Shown piece after piece: positions 47,296-56,475 of a DNA stretch of 64,000 bases. The position numbers and the translations under genes were made by a program. How positions within the stretch are numbered: the first letter of the stretch is position 1; each line of letters starts with the position of its first letter. The notes beneath the pieces are model-generated. The model saw only the letters and a list, made by a program, of their open reading frames with translations. It made no database searches and was not told the DNA's origin. The stretch is taken from NCBI GenBank assembly GCA_018266375.1, contig JAFEAO010000005.1, positions 66,619 to 130,618 of the forward strand. The letters are read 5' to 3'. Source of the stretch: Bdellovibrionales bacterium. Lineage in GTDB: Bacteria; Bdellovibrionota; UBA1018; CAIMNF01.

Positions 47296-50200
47296 CCGGC
47301 TCCTCCATCGTCACGCCGTAGAGCGTGTCGTTCAGTTCCATCGTCTTCTTGTTGTGAGTGACGAGAATGAACTGAGATTTCGACGACATCTCGCGAACGA
47401 GAGCGTTGAACTTGCCGATGTTCGAATCGTCGAGCGGAGCGTCGACCTCGTCCAGAATACAGAACGGAGACGGCTTCACCATAAAGATCGCGAAAATGAG
47501 AGAAATTGCGGTCAGCGCTTTCTCACCACCCGAAAGCAAGGTCATGTTCGAAATTTTCTTTCCGGGAGGCTGAGCAAGAATATCCACGCCTGCTTCAAGG
47601 ATATCGGTCGATCCTTCCGGATAAACCAGGGTGAGCTGCGCCTGACCCCCGCCAAAAATGATCGGAAAGAGCTTTTCGAAACGTGTCGCAATCGCTTCAA
47701 AGGCTTTTTGGAAGCGTTCGATCGAAGTCTTATTGATGTGCTCGATCGCGTCGTTCAAGTTCTGAATCGATTGCTCGAGGTCCATTTTCTCTTTGTAGAG
47801 ATGCTCATGGCGGCGTTGCATATCGTCGAATTCTTCGACGGCCATCGTGTTGACTTCACCTAAGCGGCGGATGCGGTCGCGGAGTGACTCGACTTCTTCG
47901 TGGAGGACTTTTTCCTCTTCCTCGGAAATTTCAAGAGTCACCACAGGATCGGTCATCTCGGATTGCGGCTCTGCTTGATCCAAACAGCCTTCGCCGTATT
48001 TTTCTTCCATGTTGAGCTTCAAGTGATGGAGCTCGCCTTGGATGCGTTCGACGTCGATAGCGAATTGATTGATTTGCTGGTTTTTCTCGTCACCAAGCTT
48101 ATGGAGTTCCTTAATGCGGTCCATGTAGCCGGTCGTGAGAGTGGTCACTTGTTCCAAGCGATCGCGTACGGCTGAGAGCTCTTCACGTTTGTCAGTGAGT
48201 GCGCGAGTGAGAGCGAGAATCGCTTCTTCGTGCTCGAAATCACCGCCGCTGAACCGTTCGCGGTCTTGCTCGAAAGACTCGAGGAGACGGGCAAGCTCCG
48301 ACATGCGGCGTTCGCGGTCCTGTAGATACTTTTGTTCGGTTTCGAGTTCTTTCTTGAGAGAGTTTTTACGTTCGCTCGAAGAAGCCTCTTGAATCTTGAG
48401 TTGCTGAAGCCGTTCCTCATCGGCACGGAGAGATGCGTACTCGGCATCCACTTCGGATTCGTGATCGACAATCCATGCATCGAGAGCCGACTTGGTATTA
48501 GCCATCTCGAGAATGGAGTTTTCGACTTCAGCAATCTCGGTACGGGCAATCTCGGCTTGTTCCGCCGCAGTCTCACGGTCGTCAGCGGCACGCGCTTGGT
48601 TGCGATCGAACTCGGCGACTTGACGCTCGAGCTGAGTGCGTGAACGCTCGAGAGTTGTGACTTCGATTTCGAGGTCAGATGCGGTCGCTTGAAGCTGCTT
48701 CAATTCGGTTTCGACCGATTCCAATGCAACTTGAGCCGCGGTCAAAGCGGTTTCAGACGATTCGTACGTCGCCGTCACCGACTCGAGCTCTACTTTAAGC
48801 TCACCAATCACGCGCTTGCGCGAGAGAACTCCACCGGCTTGCTCGCTGTCGGTCGCGCCACCAAAGAGAACACCTTGGTTAGCATCAAACCAGATTCCAT
48901 TTTTAGTCACGAAGCTAATGCCTTCGGACTGGTAAGTCTTGATGTCGCCCATCGCCGGTACTTCTTCGAGAACTTCGACCGATGCGACGAGGTTTTCAAT
49001 CAAGCGGTGAACCGCTTTTGAGTTTTCAGCTGTATAGCCTTCTGGCATAACAAGCTTTACGAATTTTTTAAGCGGATTGTAGTTCGCGCGATCTTGCGTA
49101 TTTGCCGACGGAACCGCGATTTGAATCGAAGCGCTGCCTGACTTGCTCTCTTTCAAGAAGTTGAGTGCTGCGAATGCATCGTCGGCGTCTTGAGCGTACA
49201 GGCGCTCGAAAGCGTGGCCCATGACCGCTTCAACGGCGGCATCGTATCCGTTTTCGACCTCGATGAAATCCGAGAGAACGGCAAACGCCTTACCGTGTGA
49301 CTCGGTCCATTCCAAAATTTTTTTAGGCCCGTTGGCCATGCCTTCACGAGCGCGTTCGAGATCCTCGAGAGACTTTAATTTCGAGCTGAGGAGCGTGAGT
49401 CCCTTGTGAGATTCGTCACGTGTTTTGCGAGCCGCTCTCAAAGCATCTTCGGCGTCCGAGCGTGCGGCCTTTTGAGAATCGACGCGAGCACGGATTTCGT
49501 TACGGCTCGACGTCTTCTCGTTCAAATCCGTGGTTAAAGTCTCGAACTCGGCCCTGCTTTCAGATGCTTGCGTGCCGATTTCTGCGAGCAAAGAATCGAT
49601 GCGGGCCATTTGACCTTCGGCGCCCTGAATGCGCTCACGGAGCGCGGCGATTTGCGATTGGCTCTCGGTCGTGGTCTCGGTCAAACTCACGAACTCGCGG
49701 CGCTTGATTTCAGCTTCGCGTTTTTTGTCGTCGTGACGTTTACGGAAATCGGAAACATGTTGATTGAGCTCCGAAGTCTTCGCTGTGAGCTCGGCGACTT
49801 TCTCATCGATTCCCAAAAACTCTTCGTTTTTGCCCGCGATCGATTCGCGATGCATTCCCAAATCTTCTTCAATCTGATTGCGTTCGGCTTCGAGTTGAGC
49901 GAGTTGGCGGTTTAAGTCTTCTTGGCGCTGTTTCGAGAGGTGGAGCGCTGACTGGTGATGAGTGAGATCGCCGGCCAGTTTTTCGACCTCGGCTTGGACT
50001 TGCTCTTGGTTTTTAGAATCCGCGAGCTGAACCACGCGCTGAGATTCGAGATTGGCTTCGTTTTGCGCGAGCTCGGCACGAACACCCACGAGCAAATGAT
50101 CCAGACCTTCGCGATCGGCCTGAAGCTTGTCGAACTGACGTTTCAAAACTTGGTTCTTGCGACGGCCCCAAGTGGTTTCTTTTTCGAGAAGTTCTGAGCG

Positions 50201-50896
50201 GTATTCTTTGTATTTGCGGGCTTTCTGCGCCTGGCGCTCGAGCGATGCGAGTGAGCGATCAATCTCGGCAATAACGTCGTTCAAGCGTGACAAGTTGACG
50301 TTCGCGCCTTCGAGTTTGCGCAACGATTCTTTTTTACGCGCTTTGTATTTCGCGATCCCTGCCGCGTCTTCGATGAGCAAGCGTCGATCTTCGGGCTTCG
50401 AGTTCACGACTTTATCGATCTGTCCTTGCTCGATGACCGAGTAACCTTTTGCGCCGATACCGGTGTCCAAGAAAAGCTCCTGGATGTCTTTCAAGCGCGC
50501 CTGCACCCCGTTGATTGCGTATTCGCCGACGCCGTCCGCCCGATACACTCGACGAGTGACCGAAACTTCGCGAGTTTTTTTAGGGAGATTCTCTTCAGTC
50601 GACGCACCCATCGGCATGTTTTCGGTGTCGACGTAGTCTTGCTCGAGAACGAGAGTGGCTTCGGCCATGCCGAGAGGCTGGTACTTGCTTGAGCCTTTGA
50701 AAATGATGTCGTCAGAGCCGCTGGAACGGATGTGTTTGTAGGACTGTTCGCCCATGACCCAGAAGAAGGCGTCGACAATATTGGACTTTCCAGAGCCGTT
50801 TGGTCCGACAATACCGGTAATGGGGCGATCAAAGTGAATGATCGTTTTATCTTTGAATGACTTAAAGCCCTGAATCTCTAGACGTTTAATCCGCAT
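47261..50896 (-). CDS. smc: chromosome partition protein SMC
   Basis: Start at MRIKRLEIQGFKSFKDK...GPNGSGKSN (Walker A). It has long coiled-coil arms, a hinge, the C-terminal signature LSGGEKALTAISLIFAIF and Walker B ILDEVDAPLDD. Confidence 0.93.
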   Translation of the reverse strand: MRIKRLEIQGFKSFKDKTIIHFDRPITGIVGPNGSGKSNIVDAFFWVMGEQSYKHIRSSGSDDIIFKGSSKYQPLGMAEATLVLEQDYVDTENMPMGASTEENLPKKTREVSVTRRVYRADGVGEYAINGVQARLKDIQELFLDTGIGAKGYSVIEQGQIDKVVNSKPEDRRLLIEDAAGIAKYKARKKESLRKLEGANVNLSRLNDVIAEIDRSLASLERQAQKARKYKEYRSELLEKETTWGRRKNQVLKRQFDKLQADREGLDHLLVGVRAELAQNEANLESQRVVQLADSKNQEQVQAEVEKLAGDLTHHQSALHLSKQRQEDLNRQLAQLEAERNQIEEDLGMHRESIAGKNEEFLGIDEKVAELTAKTSELNQHVSDFRKRHDDKKREAEIKRREFVSLTETTTESQSQIAALRERIQGAEGQMARIDSLLAEIGTQASESRAEFETLTTDLNEKTSSRNEIRARVDSQKAARSDAEDALRAARKTRDESHKGLTLLSSKLKSLEDLERAREGMANGPKKILEWTESHGKAFAVLSDFIEVENGYDAAVEAVMGHAFERLYAQDADDAFAALNFLKESKSGSASIQIAVPSANTQDRANYNPLKKFVKLVMPEGYTAENSKAVHRLIENLVASVEVLEEVPAMGDIKTYQSEGISFVTKNGIWFDANQGVLFGGATDSEQAGGVLSRKRVIGELKVELESVTATYESSETALTAAQVALESVETELKQLQATASDLEIEVTTLERSRTQLERQVAEFDRNQARAADDRETAAEQAEIARTEIAEVENSILEMANTKSALDAWIVDHESEVDAEYASLRADEERLQQLKIQEASSSERKNSLKKELETEQKYLQDRERRMSELARLLESFEQDRERFSGGDFEHEEAILALTRALTDKREELSAVRDRLEQVTTLTTGYMDRIKELHKLGDEKNQQINQFAIDVERIQGELHHLKLNMEEKYGEGCLDQAEPQSEMTDPVVTLEISEEEEKVLHEEVESLRDRIRRLGEVNTMAVEEFDDMQRRHEHLYKEKMDLEQSIQNLNDAIEHINKTSIERFQKAFEAIATRFEKLFPIIFGGGQAQLTLVYPEGSTDILEAGVDILAQPPGKKISNMTLLSGGEKALTAISLIFAIFMVKPSPFCILDEVDAPLDDSNIGKFNALVREMSSKSQFILVTHNKKTMELNDTLYGVTMEEPGVSRMVSIELQ

Positions 50897-50944
50897 GCTG
50901 CCCCCTGCCCACACATCATCCTCAAATGAGCAGGAAATGGCAAG

Positions 50945-51346
50945 TTAAGCTACAGACTTTTTGACGGTTTTAGAGAGCTCATCTTTTATTGCGGTGCAGA
51001 AAGTTTGGCGTGAAAAGATCGGCGCATGTGCCTCACCATCCATCAGAATTTCGGTCGTTTTCAGAATCATTTCTTCGGCCACCAAAAACACCGGCGTATG
51101 CGGATGTTGATTCTGTAAGTGTTTTGAAAATTGGATTCCATCGCCCTGCATCTCCGGACAATGACTCAGAAGGAGTTCGGCGAATATGAAATCATACTCC
51201 CGCTTTGAAATGAGTTCACGAGCGCGGCTAAAGGTCACCGCGGTTTCGACTTCAACATCGAAATCCTGGAGCGTCTTCATGACTTTGATTCGCTCCCCGA
51301 GGTGATCTTCTACGAGTAAAACCCGCTTTTTTCCGGCCCTTTTCAC
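50945..51346 (-). CDS. single-domain CheY-like receiver with non-canonical active site (pseudo-receiver)
   Basis: 133 aa with a receiver fold (VLLVEDH...). The phospho-acceptor position reads FIFAELLL, with Glu in place of Asp. Thr is replaced by Ala (LVAEE) and the conserved Lys is absent. It lies 49 nt upstream of smc on the same strand. Confidence 0.62.
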   Translation of the reverse strand: MKRAGKKRVLLVEDHLGERIKVMKTLQDFDVEVETAVTFSRARELISKREYDFIFAELLLSHCPEMQGDGIQFSKHLQNQHPHTPVFLVAEEMILKTTEILMDGEAHAPIFSRQTFCTAIKDELSKTVKKSVA

Positions 51347-51804
51347 GATTTTTCCTGTCCCATTCCCGCGTTACTAAAATTTTATAAAAAAGGGCCCGCA
51401 GATCTGAGATATGCGGGCCCAAGATGTCATTGTGACTTCTATCTAGGGGGTTGGGGGGTAAGATCGTCGCCACATGTATATATTCGGGCTCCCTCTCCCT
51501 AACTTTCCCCTTACAATTTTGTATTTAATTTTTTGGTCCGCTGATCCCGTTCTTCCTGGCCGGGAAGAACTACTCAGTTCACAAGTCCCGCCGATATCCC
51601 GCGTCAAACCTGTGCCTTACCTAGCGTGGGGGACCTGCACAATCGATTTCAATCTTTTCGTATTCGTTTTGAGGTAGCTGTTGCGCTGAGATGATGCTCA
51701 TTACGGCCTCCGTACTAATAGAATCTTATACTTGATGAATTTGATCAACTAAAAAGTTAAAACTTTTTGTTTATTTTTTTGTTCAATAAATTCAATATAT
51801 TATC

Positions 51805-52548
51805 ATGACTTCTTTGAGCATCATTCTGCCGGCCTACAACGAGGCAAAGCGGCTCCCCCGGACTTTTAGCCTGATTAAAAAGGCGATCAAACAAGGGGTC
51901 TTCGACCAGTGTGATCTTCAAGAGATCCTGGTCGTCGACGACGGCTCTAAAGACAACACCATCCAAGCTGCAGAGGCTGCAAAAACCGAGCTCCCTCAAA
52001 TCCGGGTGGTGCCCATTGTCCCAAACGCCGGCAAAGGAAACGCGATCCACACCGGACTTCGGGAGTCTCGCAGCGACTGGTGCCTCATCGCGGATGCCGA
52101 CAGCGCCACCCCGTGGGATCAATTCATGAAACTTTGGTGGGCGATTCAAAAAAGCAAAGAACCAACCCAGATCGCGATCGGATCACGCGACCTTCCGGAG
52201 AGCGAAATTCGCACTTCTCAATCTTGGCTCCGCGAACACATGGGGAAAACATTCAATTTATTTGTCCGGATAATTACGGGCCTGCCGTTTAAAGACACTC
52301 AGTGCGGTTTCAAACTCATCCATCGCGGATCGATTCAGCCGTTTATCTCACTCCTCATCGTAAAGCGCTTCGCTTGGGACGTGGAGTTCCTCATGTTCGC
52401 CCGCGTGTACAACTTGAATACCGTCGAGGTTGCCGTCGCATGGGAACACCAAGACGATAGCCGCGTGAGCAAGCTAAAAGACAGCGCCGAGATGTTACTT
52501 CGCGTGCTTCAAATGAGAATCCGACTTTTCTTTCTGAAATGGAAATAA
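51805..52548 (+). CDS. polyprenyl-phosphate sugar synthase-type GT2 glycosyltransferase (Dpm1/ArnC/GtrB-like)
   Basis: 247 aa. SIILPAYNEAKRL...VVDDGSKDNT...IADADSATP are the GT2 DxD/DAD motifs typical of dolichyl/undecaprenyl-phosphate sugar synthases. The 3' end overlaps the next gene by 10 nt. Confidence 0.85.
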   Translation: MTSLSIILPAYNEAKRLPRTFSLIKKAIKQGVFDQCDLQEILVVDDGSKDNTIQAAEAAKTELPQIRVVPIVPNAGKGNAIHTGLRESRSDWCLIADADSATPWDQFMKLWWAIQKSKEPTQIAIGSRDLPESEIRTSQSWLREHMGKTFNLFVRIITGLPFKDTQCGFKLIHRGSIQPFISLLIVKRFAWDVEFLMFARVYNLNTVEVAVAWEHQDDSRVSKLKDSAEMLLRVLQMRIRLFFLKWK

Positions 52549-55500
52549 ACAAACCAGATCGCGCTTTCCGGTTCGGAATCCTGTGCTGCGCACTTTTGTG
52601 TTTGTACATTCTGTTTTTCCTCCCGACCTTCGATCTCGACGAGTCGCTCTACCGTCGTGTCGCGGCCGAAATGAAGTTGCACGGAGACTATTGGCATCCC
52701 ACTTGGGATGCGCGCCCGCTCTTGCACAAGCCGCCGATCTTATACTGGATCATCGATTTTTTCAGTTCGGTCATCGATCGCACGCCCGACTACGTGAGCT
52801 CAGTCGCCGCACGCATGCCGGGATTTTTAATTTCAGTCGCGATGACGTTCGCTCTCGGGTGGCGGGCGTCAATGTACTTGTGGATGGGAGCATTCCCCCT
52901 CCTCACCGTTTGCTCGGTGATTTACGATCCGCTTCAAACGCTGGCGCTACTCCCTGCGCTATTGATTCCGGTGCGTTGGTTTCATGAAGATCGCGCAGGC
53001 ACGACTCGCGAGTACGCGTACGTCGCGCTCAGCATGTTCGCCGCCTGCGCGGTCAAAGGATTGAACGGACTCGTGCTACCTGCGCTTGCGGTCGGCGTGC
53101 AACTCCTCGTGCGCGGGGGACCCGAGATGTGGCGACGCGGGTTTGCGTTCAAGGTCAAATCGTTTTGGCCGGCGGTCGCACTCTCGGCCCTCTACTACTG
53201 GTGGCTCGATCAAAAGATGGGTCGGGCGTTTACCGAAGAGTTTTTTTTGGTCCAACACTTCGGGCGCTCACAGGCAGCGCAAGAGTCTCACGGCGGTGGA
53301 ATCCTGTACTACCCGCTCGTCGTATTCATCGGCGCGGGGATGATGCTTCCGTTTTTAATCTCAGCGATAAAATCCCTCGGCAACCTACCTCCGGAGGGTC
53401 CCACGTTACGCCAGACTTTCGCGCGCGTCGGATTCCCTCTTACCTACGCACTTTGTTTCATCGTTTTATTTAGTTTTTCGGCTACAAAACTTCCGCATTA
53501 CCTTTGGCCGATTTGGCCAGCTCTGGCGATTTTTATCGCCGGACGTGAAAGGAGTCCCATGGGTCGCATCGTTCTTATGATCTCATTGATCCCGATGTTT
53601 ATTTTTACGGCAACGTCGATCTTGCTCGCACTGAACCCGATCAGCTTACTGCATGACGTGATCGGATCACCGGCGTTTAAAGCCATTTTCCCGATCGACT
53701 ACTCGATGCCGCTTTCGAGCCGGGCGATGTTCGCGCTGGCAGCGATCATCGGCGCTTCGATCGTCGTCAGACGCCGCAAACTCGCTGAGACGCCTTCGAA
53801 GGCGTTCGGGCAATCGGCTCTCTTCTGCTTGCTGCTCGTCGGCGCCTTCGGACCGATCTTTATCGAACGCGTGCACAATCCGGCGATGGAAATCGCGAAA
53901 GACGTGAACTCACTCGATTACCCGCCGAACACGTGTATGTGGTACACGGGCCCGCACTCGGCAACTTTGAGTATCGCCCTCGGTAACAATATTCTCCACA
54001 ACCGCTGCGAACCACCCGACATGGCGATGATGATCGCACCGGATTGGAAAGTACAAGAGTGCGAAGAGCGCGGAATGAAAGTCGTGAGCCATCACGGTTA
54101 CTTGAACTTGTGCGTGAGCACGACCAAATCCGGAACTTGGGGCGCGAAAGCGTTCGAACCGGGTTTTGGCGGCGTAGGTGGCGCACCGATGGCGAATGCC
54201 AACCCAACAGGCACGGCTATCCTTCCGGGTGCTGACGGAATTCTTGGAACGGCCGACGACATCGTGGTTCAGAATCACGTTCAAGTCGGCGGCGAAGACG
54301 CGACGGATCCTCAGAGCGCAGCAATGCAAGAACTTGTCGTGACTCAGCTCGCGGGCATGGATAAAACTCCCAACACTCTCGACGACGTCGTGACTTACAC
54401 TTACGCCGGCCCGGACGGAAAGCTCGGTACCGAAGACGACGTTCCGGCTCCGCGCCTTGGCCGTCGCAAATCTAAATCGACCAAATCTGCTCAGTCCGCA
54501 GTCACTCACCTCGGGTTCGACAAGGCGGGCAACACCGAGACCATGGAGTTCGTCGGCGGCGACGGAGTCGAAGGCACTGCCGATGACGTCGTTGTGACCC
54601 GCGCTGCGGGTCCGGATGGAAAAACCGGAACGGCCGACGACGTGGTAGTCACGCAAATGGTGGGTGAAGACGGAATCGCCGGTACCAAAGACGACATCGA
54701 ACTTGTGCGAACCGTGGGCGACGACAAAATTCCGGGAAACGCCGACGACGTGGTTTCTTACGTGTACGCAGGTCCGGATAAAATTTTCGGAACCGAAGAC
54801 GACGTTCCGACCACTCCGTTGGCAAAAAAAGATCATAAAGCTTACTCCGACAAAGAATCGAAGAAAGTGAAGAGCACTCAGCTCGATCTCGGCGATGACC
54901 GCGAAGTCGTCATGACGTTTGCGGGTGAAGACGAAAAGTTCGGCACTTCGGACGACGTTGTGGTGATTAAAGACAAGAAAACGGGCAAGACGACCACTCA
55001 AGCGATCGGCGAAGACAAAACTCCCGGCACCGAAGACGACGTCTCGGTCACTCGCTTGGTTGGCGACGATGGAATCCCAGGAACAGAGGACGACGTCGTC
55101 GCATACAAATATGCGGGACCGGATAAGGCTTTCGACACCGGGGACGACGTTCCTGCGACTCCGCTAGGAATCGCGGCAACTTCGATTCCGGCTCCGGGTC
55201 GCGATCCGATCTTGGGTAATCTGAAAAATAATTCGCGCGGGATTCCACGCACTCGTTCTTCCAAAAAAGGAAAAGTCGTGCACATCGGGCTAAAAGACGG
55301 CCGCGAAGTCGTGATGACCTTTACCAGCGAAGACGAACACGGCAACGCGAAACCCGCTCCGGATGACGTTGCCGTTATCAAAGACAAGAGAGGCAAAGTC
55401 ACGAGACAAATGATCGGCGACGACTTAACTCCGGGAACGGCGGATGACGTCGTAGTCACAGAGTTCATCGGTAAAGACAAACTCGCTGGGTCTAAAGATC

Positions 55501-56189
55501 ACGTTCTCGTTGCGAAACGCGTGGGTCCGGATTTGCTTCCGGATACTGCCGATGACGAAGTGATCGACCTCGCCAAGGGCGGCATCCAATTCAAAGGCGG
55601 TAAACCTCTAGTCGAGGGCGAACAATCTACTGCAGGCGCAGTCACCGATACAAAGGGCGCGGTGAAAATGAAAGTAACCGACGCTAAAGGTGCCGCTACC
55701 GGAACGGGCGCATACGCGAAGAAGGCAGACGAGAAACCGCCAATTGCAAAAATGTTCCCGGTACCGCCAAAGAAACCGACTCCTCGCAAAGCGATCGTAA
55801 AGGTCGCAAAACCGGCCGCACCGAAGACTCCAAAAGAAAATCCAGCGAAGGTAAAGAAGATCGCGTTTGAGAAAAACGTAAAGGTGGTCGAACAGCAAGT
55901 TCTCGCAATGGACTTCTGCGAAGCTTATCTCTGCGACGATCAGTATAAATCCGAACGCGTCCTTGAGAACATCGAATCGTTTAACTACGACTACCAAGAG
56001 CCGCAGTATCGCGCGGTTCAGCTCAAAATGCTAAACGATTCGCTCATCAAAGCGATCGAGTACAAAAAGAACTGGCGCAAGTACACGCCCGAGTACGAAG
56101 TCGGATTGATGAGCCAAGAGCAAGTGGACGGGATCATGACTCCGCTCATTCAGCGCTTGCGCGACAACATCAAACTCCTGAAGAAGTAA
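52539..56189 (+). CDS. fusion protein: N-terminal ArnT/PMT-like GT-C membrane glycosyltransferase (about 500 aa) + about 600-aa Asp/Thr-rich tandem-repeat region + Lys/Pro-rich linker + C-terminal globular domain
   Basis: 1216 aa. The first loop, FDLDESLYRRVAAEMKLHGDYWHPTWDARPLLHKPPILYW, closely parallels the ArnT DE..YAEISREM...FEKPPLxYW signature. About 12 TM helices follow. From about aa 560 onward there are at least 15 copies of a 13-16-aa unit G-x-D-G-x-x-G-T-x-D-D-V-V-V-T (for example PGADGILGTADDIVV, AGPDGKTGTADDVVVT, VGDDGIPGTEDDVVAY). These are organised into three roughly 90-aa super-repeats that each begin REVVMTF-(A/T)-(G/S)-EDE. Then come AKP-rich spacers and a final roughly 110-aa domain containing two Cys. 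Confidence 0.78.
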   Translation: MEINKPDRAFRFGILCCALLCLYILFFLPTFDLDESLYRRVAAEMKLHGDYWHPTWDARPLLHKPPILYWIIDFFSSVIDRTPDYVSSVAARMPGFLISVAMTFALGWRASMYLWMGAFPLLTVCSVIYDPLQTLALLPALLIPVRWFHEDRAGTTREYAYVALSMFAACAVKGLNGLVLPALAVGVQLLVRGGPEMWRRGFAFKVKSFWPAVALSALYYWWLDQKMGRAFTEEFFLVQHFGRSQAAQESHGGGILYYPLVVFIGAGMMLPFLISAIKSLGNLPPEGPTLRQTFARVGFPLTYALCFIVLFSFSATKLPHYLWPIWPALAIFIAGRERSPMGRIVLMISLIPMFIFTATSILLALNPISLLHDVIGSPAFKAIFPIDYSMPLSSRAMFALAAIIGASIVVRRRKLAETPSKAFGQSALFCLLLVGAFGPIFIERVHNPAMEIAKDVNSLDYPPNTCMWYTGPHSATLSIALGNNILHNRCEPPDMAMMIAPDWKVQECEERGMKVVSHHGYLNLCVSTTKSGTWGAKAFEPGFGGVGGAPMANANPTGTAILPGADGILGTADDIVVQNHVQVGGEDATDPQSAAMQELVVTQLAGMDKTPNTLDDVVTYTYAGPDGKLGTEDDVPAPRLGRRKSKSTKSAQSAVTHLGFDKAGNTETMEFVGGDGVEGTADDVVVTRAAGPDGKTGTADDVVVTQMVGEDGIAGTKDDIELVRTVGDDKIPGNADDVVSYVYAGPDKIFGTEDDVPTTPLAKKDHKAYSDKESKKVKSTQLDLGDDREVVMTFAGEDEKFGTSDDVVVIKDKKTGKTTTQAIGEDKTPGTEDDVSVTRLVGDDGIPGTEDDVVAYKYAGPDKAFDTGDDVPATPLGIAATSIPAPGRDPILGNLKNNSRGIPRTRSSKKGKVVHIGLKDGREVVMTFTSEDEHGNAKPAPDDVAVIKDKRGKVTRQMIGDDLTPGTADDVVVTEFIGKDKLAGSKDHVLVAKRVGPDLLPDTADDEVIDLAKGGIQFKGGKPLVEGEQSTAGAVTDTKGAVKMKVTDAKGAATGTGAYAKKADEKPPIAKMFPVPPKKPTPRKAIVKVAKPAAPKTPKENPAKVKKIAFEKNVKVVEQQVLAMDFCEAYLCDDQYKSERVLENIESFNYDYQEPQYRAVQLKMLNDSLIKAIEYKKNWRKYTPEYEVGLMSQEQVDGIMTPLIQRLRDNIKLLKK

Positions 56190-56204
56190 ACTAGTACGTC
56201 CGAA

Positions 56205-56249
56205 CAAAACAAAACCCCCGGGCAATTTCGATGCCCGGGGGTTTTGTTT
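56205..56249. terminator. bidirectional rho-independent terminator between the GT-C fusion gene and the histone-fold gene
   Basis: A 10-bp perfect stem, cccccgggca-atttcga-tgcccggggg, flanked by AAAACAAAA on the 5' side and TTTTGTTTT on the 3' side. Confidence 0.72.
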
Positions 56250-56274
56250 TAAGACTTAAAATATTTCGCCAAGA

Positions 56275-56475
56275 TCAGCTAAAATCGCGGTCCATTACGG
56301 TTTTGCGTCCGTCGCGCTTAGCAGCTTCTACCGCTTGGTCGCAAAGATCGCGCACTTTGTCTGAAAGTACGTCGATGACTGCTGCTGAAGTGTTCATGCC
56401 TGACTTAGCACGAATGTAGTTCTTCAATTTAGAAGCGACGATCAAAACTTCTTTTTCTGCATTACCTTCTGTCAT
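56275..56475 (-). CDS. histone-fold DNA-binding protein (archaeal HMfB-like / Bdellovibrio HBb-like). Minimal 66-aa form; the in-frame ORF extends to 56835
   Basis: MTEGNAEKEVLIVASKLKNYIRAKSGMNTSAAVIDVLSDKVRDLCDQAVEAAKRDGRKTVMDRDFS aligns to the HMfB pattern (...RIIKNAGAERVSDDA...EIASEAVKLAKHAGRKTIKAEDI), including the diagnostic A-K-x-x-GRKT-[IV] motif. The ATG at 56475 has a GAAAGGGA RBS-like sequence upstream. The ORF is continuous for another 120 codons upstream (see findings). Confidence 0.6.
   Translation of the reverse strand: MTEGNAEKEVLIVASKLKNYIRAKSGMNTSAAVIDVLSDKVRDLCDQAVEAAKRDGRKTVMDRDFS

Noticed and set aside
53910-55001. 363-aa minus-strand ORF inside the repeat region of the GT-C fusion gene
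   Set aside because: Its sequence is dominated by V/R/S/F low-complexity (VVGRSGFSIRTRSAGHNDV...). It is produced by the reverse complement of the gacgacgtNgtNgt repeat. There is no start context and the plus-strand gene has strong family signatures.
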